Shown: piece after piece, positions 10,893-22,950 of the stretch
How the letters are laid out: the number at the start of each line of letters is the position of its first letter
Position numbering within the stretch: the stretch's first letter is position 1
From: Callorhinchus milii
Lineage: Eukaryota
NCBI RefSeq assembly: GCF_018977255.1
Contig: NW_024704742.1
Location: forward strand, 81,780,001 to 81,844,000
DNA: 64,000 bases
Direction: 5' to 3'
Notes under the pieces: generated by a model
What the model was told of the DNA's origin: nothing
Databases searched by the model: none
What the model saw: only the letters and a program-made list of their open reading frames with translations
Program-made: the position numbers and the translations under genes

Positions 10893-12324
10893 TGTGCTAA
10901 AGGTGCAAATGTCACATTTTGGTTTGAAATTCATTGGCCTCCCTGAAGAGGACTTGACCCATAGCCATACCAGTAAATGCAGTTATTTTCTTCAATCTCA
11001 GAGTGTTTATATTTGACATAGTCCCTTCAAGGATGGGAAAGCAAAGTATTAATGTGTATAACGTATGTTCACAAAGACAGTTAGGTGTTTATGAGTTGGA
11101 GTCATTGTCGCCTTTCAGCGTTTAACGGTCTTTACTCATTGTCCATTCATGCTCATTGCTGACCTTATTTTTGGCTGTTATAATTAAAAAATTTGGTGCC
11201 ATCACTGCTGAGGGAAATTCAAGAAAATTACCAACTAAACCAGTGATTAACTTTATTGGGGGTGGAGGAGCTAGTCTGCATCTCTCACTAGAGGTGGAAC
11301 AGATTACAATAAAAACTCAGCAATGATTATGTACCGGGGTCTATGATCGCTCAATTGTGTTCAATTCAGCTTCTTTCAGAAATGCTTGGACATTCTGCTC
11401 AATAGCTTTTGCTGGATGTGAAATATAGAGAGTATAGAGATTTTAAAACAAGGTATAATAATAAGAATCCTTGCATTTGATACAGTGTTTAACCATATCA
11501 TCGAGAAGTCGCAAAGCACTTCACAGTATAAACTGTAAATTGATGTTACTGCGTGTTTTGTGGGCGAGGTATGATAGGTGCTGGGCGGTGCCATTATTCA
11601 GATGAGATGTTAAACGAAAGTCTCAGCTCCCTGTTCTTCAGATGGACATTAAAGATAAATCCTGTGAAGCACTTTGGGTCATCTTAATAATAATAATAAT
11701 CTTCCCAACATGAAAGGTCCTATACTAAATTCAAGGATTATTATTAATTATTATCATAATAAAGAGTCACTAACTTGACAGTAACTAATGACGATGTGTT
11801 TTGAAATGCTTTATGTCATAAGGGACAATAACGATATACTTTCTTTCTTTTCGTCTTTGTGAACTAGCAAAAATCCCAGTTTATTTTGAAGCACCTTTAA
11901 AGAGAAAATAGAAAATTTGACCTTAGATGTTGCTGCACATTGTTAACAATTATCAATGTTTGCCTGAAAGTTTTAATGGAGGAAAAGAACCAGAGGATTA
12001 AATTTTGGGCATCGTTGTCAGAGCCCCCTCTATAGAAAACCAAAGTGCATTTATGCTAATAAAAATTCCTTCGATATGCCAGAGACAAATCCTCTCCCTC
12101 ACTCCAACAGTAATCTCCATGAAGCTAGATATTGGAATTGTGGATGACATATTACACTTTTGATTGCTGGTTAGCGATAGTCTTTTGACAATAATTTTAC
12201 TATTTTCAAAATGTTATCTCCTTGTTTTCCCTTTAGCTTTCCTGCCCATTACTTTTCCTTTCTTTCTTCATCTAGCTCCCACTGACCAATTTTGATGTCG
12301 GAAGAAACATCATCAGGTTCAACA

Positions 12325-12997
12325 TACAACTGTCCTTCCTTCCCCACATTCGGTCCCTGACCAGGACCGCCTTCCTCCATCTCCATCATATTGCCCACCT
12401 CTGACCGTACCTTACCCGGGACGCAGCTGAAACACTCATCCATGCGTTCGTCACCTCCTAACTGGACTTCTCAAATGCCCTCTTTCCCAGTCACCTCAGC
12501 TCCACCCTGCACGGGATCCAACTGATCCAAAACTCTGCCGCCACATACTCACCCATACTAAACTCCGTATCCCTACCCCACCAGTTCTAGCCAGGCTGCA
12601 CTGGCTGCCCCTCACCGAATTGGTTGATTTCAAGATTCTCCCACTCATTTTCAAATCCCTTCATGCCCTGGCACCTCCCTACCTCTCTGAGTTGCTTACC
12701 CCCAACCCACAATCTTCTGCCTCAGCTCAACTGGCTCCGGCCTTCTGCATGTCTCTCATGCTTTCCATTCTATCATTGATGGCTGCACTTTCAACCACTA
12801 TGCCCTGAAACTCTGGAACATTTACTCCGCCTTGTTCCTTCATTCCGCATTTTCAAATGGCACCCGTAGACCTTCCTATTCGACCGTGCCTACGGTCACC
12901 TCTCCCGCTGCCCGGCTTGGAGTCGTGTTCCTCCACCGTCAAGCGCTCTGGGCCACTAACCTGTGGGAGGGTTGTTAGATAAATGCAAGTTGTTGTT
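12325..12997 (+). mobile_element. L2 LINE 3' fragment (tail type B)
   Basis: AAETLIHAFVTS / LARLHWLP / DFKIL motifs; ends aaatgcaagttgttg. Confidence 0.9.
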
Positions 12998-13394
12998 TTA
13001 GTTGCTTCTTCTAAAAGACCTTGCCATGGAACTGATCTGTCAGTTTCTGAGCCAAAATTTCAGGTGAAAAGTCAAGGGGGAAGTATTTGTGGAAGATGCA
13101 AATAATGTCGATGGCCTCCAGGCAAAGAGAGTGTCCTGATCCAGATTCTTCCAGATTTGTCTGCGCCAGCATTTCCCCTGCGCGAGCAATGCAGGTCATT
13201 ACATATCCTAAACCTTCATGACAGTGAGGTGGACACTGGTTATCTGAGAACAGAAGCTTCTTTTGCTCAAACCCACAGATGTGTAGAATTAATATGGCTT
13301 CAAATGAGATTCCTTACTTAAGGAATTGGGACAAACCTCAAACCAACCCATAGATGTGTATTGAAGCATATCTAAAATTAAAATATAATGTTCA

Positions 13395-14042
13395 TAATCA
13401 CCTGGAATATTGTGTACAATTTTGGTCTCCTTATTTAAGAAACGACATACTCGCCTTAGAGGGGGTGCAGCGTAGATTCACTAGATTAGTTCCTGGGATA
13501 AGCGGTTTGACCTATGAGGATAGGTTGAGTAAAGTAGGCCTATATTCTCTAGAATATAGAAGAATTTGGGGTGATCTTATAGAAACATATAAGATTCTTG
13601 ACAGGGCTTAACAGAGTAGACAGTATGAGACTGTTTCCCCTGGTAGGAGAATCTAGAACTACAACTACAACAACAACTTGGATTTATATAGCGCCCTCCA
13701 GGCCGGACAGCGTCTCAGAGCGACAGCGTCTTAAGTACTGTGACTAAGGGTCACAGTCCTAAGATTAAGGGACAGCCTTTTCGAACAGAGTTGAGGAAAC
13801 ATTTCTTCACTCAGAGGGTAGTGAATTTATGGAATTCTCTACCCCAGAAGGCTGTGGGTGCTCAGTCCTTGAACATATTCAAGACTGAGATTGATAGGTT
13901 TCTAAAGGATAGAGGGATTAAGGGATATGGGGTTAAGGCGGGCAGATGGAGTTAGGTTAGAAGATCAGCTGTGATCTTATTAAATGGAGGGGAAGGCTCG
14001 AGGGGCTGAATGGCCTACTCCTGCTCCAAATTCCTATGTTCC
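13395..14042 (+). mobile_element. CR1 LINE 3' fragment, (TTCCTATG)n type, with an 81-bp antisense L2-tail insert (13662-13742)
   Basis: ORFs HLEYCVQFWSPYL... and HFFTQRVVNLWNSLP...; insert flanked by acta (13658-13661 and 13743-13746). Confidence 0.92.
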
Positions 14043-14064
14043 TAATCCTTGCATTTGATATAGC

Positions 14065-14375
14065 GGAGTCCTGCAGCTCAGTGGTTAGAGCACTCGCTTT
14101 GCAAGCGAGAGACCTGGGTTCAATTCCTTCAGGGTGAATGCTTGGGCAAGTTTCTTTACTCACATGCCTGATAATAATCTCTCAAAAAAAAACTATACTA
14201 AATTGGTCATTTCAATCCACGACTGTTTGTGGGACACTGCAGTGCGCAATTCGCTGCCGTATTTCGCCCACACATATGCAGTCAATTCACTTTACAGTCT
14301 ATTCTTTGAAGCACTTTGAGACGTCTAGAAGACGTGAAAAGCGCTATATCAAATGCAAGGATTAATATTATTATT
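14065..14375 (+). mobile_element. Young tRNA-Ala-derived SINE inserted into an antisense SINE tail (14043-14064 and 14379-14490)
   Basis: Complete head, body and tail; tatag occurs on both sides and the interrupted minus-strand tail rejoins when the copy is removed. Confidence 0.9.
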
Positions 14376-14577
14376 GTTATAGAACCTTATCACGTCTTCG
14401 AGACATCTCAAAATGCTTCACAGAATGTACTGGAAAATGAATTGACTGTATATTTTGTGAGTGAAATGATACATTTTCTGCACAACAGAATCAAAAAGTA
14501 AGTTAAAAGGATAATACAGAAAATGCTGATTACTAATTATTAAATATGGATCATAATTAATTTTTATAATTTGTATT

Positions 14578-14897
14578 CACAGAAACATAGAATCATACTA
14601 TTGTACAGCACAGGAGGAGGCCATTTGGCCCATCGTGTCTGTGCCGGCTCTTTGAAAAGAGCTATCCAATTCAATCCCACTCATACGCTCTCTCCCCATA
14701 GCCCTGCAAACTTGTCCTCCCCAAATAATTATCCACTTCTCTCTTCAAGTTGTTATCAAATTGGCTTCCACCACGCTTTCAGGCAATGCATTCCAGATCT
14801 GAACAACACACTGTGTGAAAACATTTCTCCTCACCTCCCGTTTCTCTTAACAACTATTTTAAATCAGTGTCCTCGGGTTACCGACCCACCTGCCAAT
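14578..14897 (-). mobile_element. CR1 LINE 3' end, (ATTCTATG)n tail type
   Basis: Similar to 51524-51840 and to the reverse complement of 57630-57929. Confidence 0.88.
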
Positions 14898-15595
14898 ATT
14901 GATAATATAAAATTATAAAAACTAATTATGACCCATATTTAATAAACAGTAATCAACCTTTATAAAATACAAATTATAAAGTCTAATTATATTTAAGTGC
15001 TAGTAATTGAAGACTGTAGGGTGACGCTTAGAGACTTTGTTTTAAGCAGAAGGCATGCTTGTTAGCTTTATAACAGACAGGCAATGACCAGGGCCAATAG
15101 AATATTGTGGAGATATTTGTAAAAAATGTGGATAAATTTGTCGAGCTTTGTGGGAAATTGCTCAGGTTTGATCAGTCCTGTTGAGAGGTACATTTTACTG
15201 CCAGCCCACATCTTTTTATTTTGTTGATAGAAACTAAACATGAAGAAATAACACGTTAGATTATTGCAAAAAAATTTATGCTTTCTTTAACAAACCCAAT
15301 TATGTGTGTGGGTGGGTGGGATGGGATTTGTCCTGACTGAAGGGCTCCAGGAGGTCACCACCTACAGCCTCTTGGGACCTACCACCACACATAGACACAG
15401 AGAGAGTCACATACACAGACACACTCAGAGAGAGAGAGACACACACACACAGACATACAGACAATCTCAACAGCGGGGCTGCGGGATGAGCGAAGCCCAT
15501 TTCCCGCTCGGGCTGCATAGCACATGTGCACCCGGAGCCACTACACACAGCCCAGGGCCAAGCTCACTGTGTGTCCACAGGTTTTTAGCGAAGGG

Positions 15596-15906
15596 AGTGT
15601 TTGTAGAGGAGGGGGTGTGTTTGTAGAGGAGGGGTGGGGGTGTTTGTCAAGGAGGGGGGTGTTTGTAGAGGGGGCGGTGTTCGTAGAGGAGGGGGCTGTT
15701 TGTAGAGGGGGGGGCGGTGTTTGTGGAGGGGGTGCGTTTGTAGAAGAGGGGGTGTTTGTAGAGGGTGGGGGGTTGTTTGTAGAGGGGGGTGTTTGTAGAG
15801 GGAGGCATGTTTGTAGAGGAGAGGGGTGTGTTTGTAGAGGAGGCGGCGTGTTTGTAGAGGAGGTGGGGGGGGGGGGGGGCTTGTAAAGGAGGGGGGGTGT
15901 TTGTAG
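15596..15906. repeat. G-rich minisatellite, about 17 units of ~17-21 bp (gtgtttgtagaggaggggg)
   Basis: Direct reading; the overlapping ORFs are low-complexity translations of the repeat. Confidence 0.95.
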
Positions 15907-18029
15907 CAGATTCCATGGAAAGATTGCTGCTGCACATTTTTATTGGCCCAGGCAATGACTCCTTGATCTCTGAGCAATAAAGGTGCCACGATGGACAGTT
16001 TCCATCTTGATTAAAAATCTCAATACTGTTAAAAGCTTCTGATTTCTATTTAATATCCTTATCCCATGTGAGGCAACTTTAATCTTATTAATCTCATAAA
16101 TTAAGCCATTTTTAAAAAATTGAGTAAAGACATTGTCAGAGGTGTCATCCTTCGATGGGAGACTTTATAACAAGGAATTTATTCGGGTTGATGTTGCAGG
16201 ACTTTGCTGTGTGCAAATTGGCACTGTGTTTCTCTACGAATACATTGTCACTACACTTTATAGTAAATCCTGTGAAGCTCTGAGCGCTCAAGATGATGTT
16301 TCAAGGTGCTATATGAAATACAAGGATTATTAATTTATTAACAGTGTTTCAAACTCCTGTGCTGATTCTTATTTTAGCAGCAATCAAATATAATTCCACT
16401 GTAGCTGGACTTGCTGACAGACAGCACTTAAAAGCATGGAAGGAATATTTCCTGACAAAAAAATGTCCACAAGGCAATCATTGGCTAGCACTGTACACAA
16501 TTGGCACCTTGCTTGAGGTACATTCTTCAGACCTTTCCCCAAAGAAATGGGTAGCTTTCAGACAGCTGTCAGCACACCAGCCTGTGTGTGTGGCACCGTA
16601 AACATCTACTCATTAAACCAGCATCTCACGTTCCTGGAGGGAGATTAGAAATCAATGCATTGATCAACATCTTCATAAAACATCCCTGTTTCACCAAAGG
16701 TAATGTAATTGCTCAATCTTGGCACTTAACAGGATAGGCATTAAACAGAACAGAAAAAAAGAGATATACCTTCAAAGGCAAATTGCAAAAAAAATTACTC
16801 TGTATTTTTCCATGTTCAACACATTTTGGATTTACTTAGAATCCATGAAGTTCATACAATGGCATGACGTATTTAAATGTCTCAAAGCACTTTACATGCT
16901 GAGTCTACCAGAACATCATGAGCTGACATTACTTTAAGGAGCGTGTTAAGGAATACCAGAACACCACTTCACATTCTGTCCTGTGAAGCGCTTTGAGACA
17001 TCTCGACCGATGTGATCGGGCACTGTATCAGATGCAATGATTATTATACACAAACTAGTGAAAAGTGTGACATTTTATAACAAATTAATTTGCATACTGA
17101 ATTTGTTATCAAATATTGCATTTGTCCATCCATTCCTGAAGACATATGATGGAACTGAATAACTGCCTCCTGAATTTGGAATAATAGTTTGGTCTGATGT
17201 CTATTCTCCAAAGATCTCAGTGGCATTCTGAGACACTGGCTTCATACCCCGCCTTCCCCCCCCACCCACCCACCCAGCCCAGAGCTAGCTTCATTGAATG
17301 CAAATTGAGTATGTATTTCAGCTAAACTAAGACTCAGGTAGCTGTTTAGATTGCAGGAATCATTTGACCTAGCAATGTACTGAGGCTGCGTGTTCATTTC
17401 CATGAGCAATCTTTAGGAATAGATGAAAAATGGTAATGTTTCCTAGCTTTGAAATGCAGCTTTTTCACACCAATACGTCTCGGATACACAACACATGAAA
17501 CCTGTTGTCAGTGTTTAATATATACTTTTACATTTTGCATGACTGGAAGCACAATTATCTCCTGAGGAAGGTGCCACAACCTGTATTATGCTACGTATTT
17601 AAAAAATTCAAAAAATTCAAGAATAAATTGTTTGACTTGGTTTGACCTAGAAAAGAAACATGAGCAAAAGAGAGGCTTTGCTGAAAGATATATTCAATGA
17701 ATGCCTTTGTCCACGGAACAAAATGATTCTATGCAATGTCAATATTTCCAGAATTGTTGGCGCAGAGTCCACCAAGGGAGTTGTATGGATGTTTGAAAAA
17801 AAAAGGAGCTTTAAACTAAATGGGGAATGAGTAGAATAATGGGATTAGACAATGCAGCTCTCCAGTTGCTGGACTGAATGGTCCATATCTGTGCTGTAAA
17901 GTGTCCATAAAGTATCTACAAAGAATTTATAGTAATTCAGAGCCTTCTAGGATCTATATTTAAAAGGACCCTGTGATGTACAATGCAATTTACATTTACA
18001 AGTTTTACAATACTTACAATGAAATTGAT

Positions 18030-18160
18030 CCACTTGTGTGGGCTGCCAGTGGAGTAGGGCGAGGATAGTAGTGATAGGCTTGTGGAGCCTGGTGCATGAG
18101 AAGACATGGGCTGCAGATCTGGAAGAGCTGGATGTAGGAATTGGAAGAGCTGGAAATACT
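18030..18160 (-). mobile_element. Degraded L2 fragment
   Basis: Minus strand ctgcagcccatgtcttctc...ctccactggc resembles the SAA.VL...LHW region of the other L2 copies. Confidence 0.6.
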
Positions 18161-19879
18161 TACGTAAAATAAACACAACAAAAGCTTTATTTTTCAATCA
18201 GTCTATTTGGCAGTAACTTTACTGGACTCCTCTGTGCTCTTCTATGTTGAATTCCTTGATGCAATTGAGAGTCAAATTGTGATGTTGGGATTGATCTTCC
18301 TGCTGTCATCTCAAGACAATCAGAATTGTTTTCAGTCATGGCAAAATATGTGCTATCACTGCACAAATGTCTCAGTGTCTCTATGCAGTGTTTAAACATA
18401 TCCTCTTGTCCCGTATAACTCCAATCGCTTCACTTTGAAATGGACAAACATATAGGAATCAAACAGCTAGCAGGTTCACAATAAGTAGTGGATGCAAAAG
18501 AGTGCTTCATTTCAGGAATAACTGTAATAAAAGATTCTTCACAAATAGTCATCTTACAGATTTTTGTTTGAAAATAGAAGTTGAAGAACATAATATTATA
18601 ATGAACAGTAAAGGAAAATGATGGTTTCACTATCTAGCTCTGCAGTTTCTCCCATTCTCTCTCTTACACATGCACACACACAATTACAGTAATAACAATA
18701 ATCTTTGTATTTGTAATAATAATAGTATTTGTCATAGCACCTTATCACATTGTTGAGACGTTTCAAAGCGCTTCACTGAATATATTGTAAAGTGGATTGA
18801 CTGGATATTTAGTGGGTGAAATGCAGCAGCCAATTACGTACAATATATCACTGGAGCGTATATAATTCCAGTGGTTCATTAACATATATTTTCTCAACGA
18901 AGTTAACATTTGTAAGAGAGAAGAATCTCTTTAAAAGCGTATGCCCTACATCTCAGTGCTATGCGTACATATTAGACAGTATTGTTACTTCTTACATCTC
19001 CACAAATTCCATCACACTGGCTTGTGTTTGCTACTACAACACACCAGTAAACTCCTGTCAACCGTGGGCTTCAAATGATTCTATGTTTATTATTCTAAAA
19101 GATGAGAGAGTGTTTAAGTGTGTGTGGGGAGGGGTGGGGGGAGAAGAAAGAATATATTAACGATGCAGCAACTTTTCTTCCTGTGCAACTTGAATAAGAC
19201 AGGTAGGGTGAGAGGTTCTTTTCTTCTAGTTACTGTGGATCCTAATTAAAATGAATTTGGCCAGACTGAATCGAGTTGACTCGATTCACAAGTCAACAAG
19301 GAAATGGATGGCCATAATTCAGCACTAATTGGAACTAATTAACATACACAAGCGGACGGGAGGGAGTGGGGGTAGCAATGCAGTATGTGATATGGTTCAA
19401 TGCCTTGTTATGCCTTGCCAGTAGTTTGCCAACTACATTGATTGGTGGAACTGTTCAATTCCCATTAATGAAATCTGTTAACTTAATAATTATTATGATA
19501 GTATTAATCCTTGCATTTGACATAACATTGAAACTTCTCCAAGAGCTTCATGGAATTTGCTATGTATTTTGTAACTAATGTCTCACAAACAGCCATGATG
19601 TGAATAGCTAAAGTGAAGAGTGTTAAAGGTTCACCTCCAGAAAGTGAAAGAAGTAATTGAGATTGTTACTCTTTTCAATGACCCCAGTAACTGTATTCAT
19701 GTGTTTTAAACAGATTAACATAACATTGTGAAGCTGCAGTGCTACATAGATAGCATAAGTGGCACTGGAATACAAGGAGATAAATTGTGATGAAGAATGT
19801 CTACAATGCACTTAATTTTCACATTCAATGCATTTACATATAGCAACACACTGGCCTGAAAAATGAAATAAACAATAAT

Positions 19880-20520
19880 AATAATTGCATTTGGTATAAT
19901 GCCTTTCATGTCAGGACGACATCGCAAAGTGTTTCACAGGATATACTGCAGTGATTGTGTTTTTTGTGGGCAAACGCCAATTTGCACATGGTAATGTCTC
20001 ATAAATATTCATTAAGTCAATGACCAAATTTTTATTTAGGGGATTGTTAACCATGACACCGGGAGAAACTTCCTATCTTTTCAAGTAGCAACATGGGATC
20101 TTAACATCCACCCGAACTGGCAGACAGGATCTTGATTTAATGTCTTATTGCAGTGGGTGGCCAACCCTTGGCCCACGACCTAAAAGTAACCCAGCGGGCT
20201 TAAAGGTCGCCTGTCGAACAACGGCACTAGTCTGCGTAAGTCTGTGTTAAATCAATATAATGTTTCCAGTAGTTACTGACAAGCTATATTCTTGGTGTGG
20301 CCATGAATTAAGAAATATTCAATCAAGAAAAATGTATTTGTTTGGTCGAACAAAAGTGTTGGCCACTGCTGGCTTATTGAAATCTATGACCATGCAGCAC
20401 TTTGCTAGCATTGCGCTACAGTCTTTGTCTAGATTATGTCAAAGTCCTGATGTGGGGCTTAAATCCACAACCTTCTGATTTAGAAGTGAGAGTGGTACCA
20501 ACTGAGCTAGGCTGACAAAT
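19880..20520 (-). mobile_element. Old Deu-SINE, interrupted by a MITE
   Basis: Tail at 19880, Deu body to 20150, resumes at 20380 and runs to the tRNA head ending at about 20516. Confidence 0.8.
20151..20371. mobile_element. Non-autonomous hAT-type DNA transposon (MITE)
   Basis: Terminal inverted repeats cagtgggtggccaac / gttggccactgctg; 8-bp flanks tcttattg / gcttattg (7 of 8 identical). Confidence 0.85.
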
Positions 20521-21214
20521 GGCCTGATCCAAGCTGATATTCATCAAATACAGTAAGTTGCTGCTTGATGGTCTAGTGCAGTGGTGATCCATACAAGATT
20601 TGAATAAAGATTTTAAAACAAGTAGGAAGTGTTGGTGTTTGGAATTGCACATATCCGCACAATATAACACTCAAATGCAGACTTAGAGGCATGACTGTAA
20701 TGAATCTGATGGAATTTAAGATGCAGATATTTTCATTCAGTACGGAACCTCAAACGATTCTGACATAAAATGTCAAACAAGGCAGGTGGAATGATGTATC
20801 ATACTCTGCTGCAGTCTGATACAGTTGCCTGGGAAAAGAGGAGGGAAGGTCAAACTCCGAAAACCTAATTTCACCTTGGATTAGTGTCTTATCCGAAGGA
20901 TGGACACTCTGCACCCTCATTGTTCTCAAGTGTCAGCCTGGACTTCGAGCAAAATGATCTGACATAGAGCTTGAACCCACAACCTTCTAATACATCGGCA
21001 AGTGTGCTGCCAACCCAGGCTGACAAATCGACTGATTCAACCTGATATTCAGATAAATGAGTAAGTAGCTTCCTGATTGTCTAGCGCAGAACTAGTCTGT
21101 ACAAGATTTAAATGAAGATTTTAAAACAGATTGTAACATTTTGGTAAAGGAAATATTGACCCACCTGCACTTAAAAATATTTGATGCAAGGGATTTTGTG
21201 TTTATAAAGTTGCA

Positions 21215-21465
21215 TCGTGTCATGAGCTGGGTGTCTGACATATGCTGAAACCCATCACCACACTTAAGAGTATCCAAACCAAGCTGAGAAATCCCAGAGC
21301 TAGATTTTTGGAACAGAATGCGCACTCTCTCCCCGGAGGGACTCATCCTGCTTACCTAATTCTGAAAAGTATCAGGCGCAGGTTGGCAAGAGCCAAGGCT
21401 TGGGGACCGCAGGGTGTGTGATGCTGGAGGGTGCTATCGCCTAACCAGCCAAAACCACATAGAAT
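21215..21465 (+). repeat. Unclassified repeat family copy
   Basis: Matches 980-1115 and the reverse complement of 43230-43465 (gaatgcgcactctctccc.ggaggg; aagtat.aggcgcaggttggcaagagc). Confidence 0.85.
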
Positions 21466-22427
21466 CCAGTGCCCCTTTTTTCTCTTATGTTATATCAGTG
21501 GTTGGCGCTCATCATCTGTCAGGTATCTAAGAAACATACATGTGGCTGAGAGAAGTGTTTTTTATTCTTCATGTGTTTGGCAAGGGAAAACAGTCTCTGC
21601 TTATTGCTGGGATTTCACTGCTAAGTACAATAGGCAACCCTATCAGGAGGCTCAGGTGACATCATTCTGCTCTTGTCGGGGGCAGGTTGTGTGTCTGGTA
21701 TGTAAGTGCTGCTCGGCTTGTGGTTTTTGTACGTGTGTGAATTGAACGACACCTGTCAGGGCTACATAGCAGGTCTAATGCCTGAATGAGAGCCAACAAA
21801 AGGAGTGGTAAAAAGTATAATGAAAATATTCTCAGTATAGAGCATTATGAGGTCTGAAAGTGGGAAGACACTGCAAAAACTGCACAAATTACAAGACAGA
21901 AATGGAATGGCTAAAAAGTCACACTTTGGGGTTTAGAATATTATCTGAAACTTGGCAATTTCTATAGAGCAATGCTTATCTAAAGTAATGGACTGCAGTG
22001 TCTGCCAAGACTGATCTCAAAGTTGCAACATGGGGCTTGAACCCACAACTTTACTGACCTAGCTGTGAGAGTCATACTAATTGATCCAAGCTGGCACTTA
22101 CACAGAGGAGGGTAAAGTACACTTCCACATTTATCATAGAATGACAAGGTGATGGTGGATGGGATGCTCAGGGACTGAGGCATTGATGCCATTTTGTGCT
22201 ATTTGGCATAGAAAGAAAATCAGTACAGACAGGAAGACACAGGTATTGTGTGCATCTGAGCTCTTCAGTACGTATCTTTAACAAAATTTCCTTCATGGTG
22301 AGCTAATAAACATATGTCCAATACCAAGTTTAAAGCAACAGTGTCCACTCCTTCAGGATAAATCGCTGAACACCACTTCCTACTTCTTTCCAGCCTGAGA
22401 AGATACCCTAAACTCTGGATAGCTTGT

Positions 22428-22744
22428 GGAGTCCTGCGGCTTAGTGGTTAGAGCATTCACCTCACAAGTGAGAGGACCTGGGTTCAATTCCTGGTCAGGA
22501 CAAAATGTTGGGCAAGTTTCCTTACTCCACACATCACTGTTTAAAAATGTTTGTAAAAAAAGAACCGATAATTTGGTCACTCAATCCATGACTGTTTGTG
22601 GGATACTGCTGTGCGTAATTGGCTGACGTGTTTCGCCCACAAAATATACAGTCAATTCACCTTACAGTATATTCTGTGAAACTTTTTGAGACATCTCGAA
22701 GACGTGATAAGGAGGTATATTAAATGCAAGGATTATTATTATTA
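22428..22744 (+). mobile_element. tRNA-derived SINE of the young family, moderately diverged
   Basis: Same head, ttgggcaagtttccttactccacac segment, Deu 3' half and tail as 6190-6505. Confidence 0.9.
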
Positions 22745-22950
22745 ACTCCAACCCTTCGCTTTTGGTTTTGTAACCATTCTTTAATCCATTCTGCTACGTC
22801 TCCCACAATTCCACATGCTCTATTTTATGCAGCACATTATCAAAGGCCTTCTGGAAATCTAAATACACTGCTTCCACTGCATTTTCATTGTCTCCTTCAT
22901 CAGTTACATCTTCATATCTCATCTACTTTATTGGTCATTGCTGGACACAA
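22745..22950 (-). mobile_element. Degraded CR1 reverse transcriptase fragment
   Basis: Minus strand reads AVEAVYLDFQKAFDNV...EWIKEWLQ. Confidence 0.75.

Noticed and set aside
14043..14364. 23-bp terminal inverted repeats around a SINE
   Set aside because: Explained by a plus-strand SINE inserting into the tail of a minus-strand SINE that resumes at 14379.
15524..15989. Gly/Pro-rich ORFs of 100-134 aa
   Set aside because: Translations of the G-rich minisatellite.
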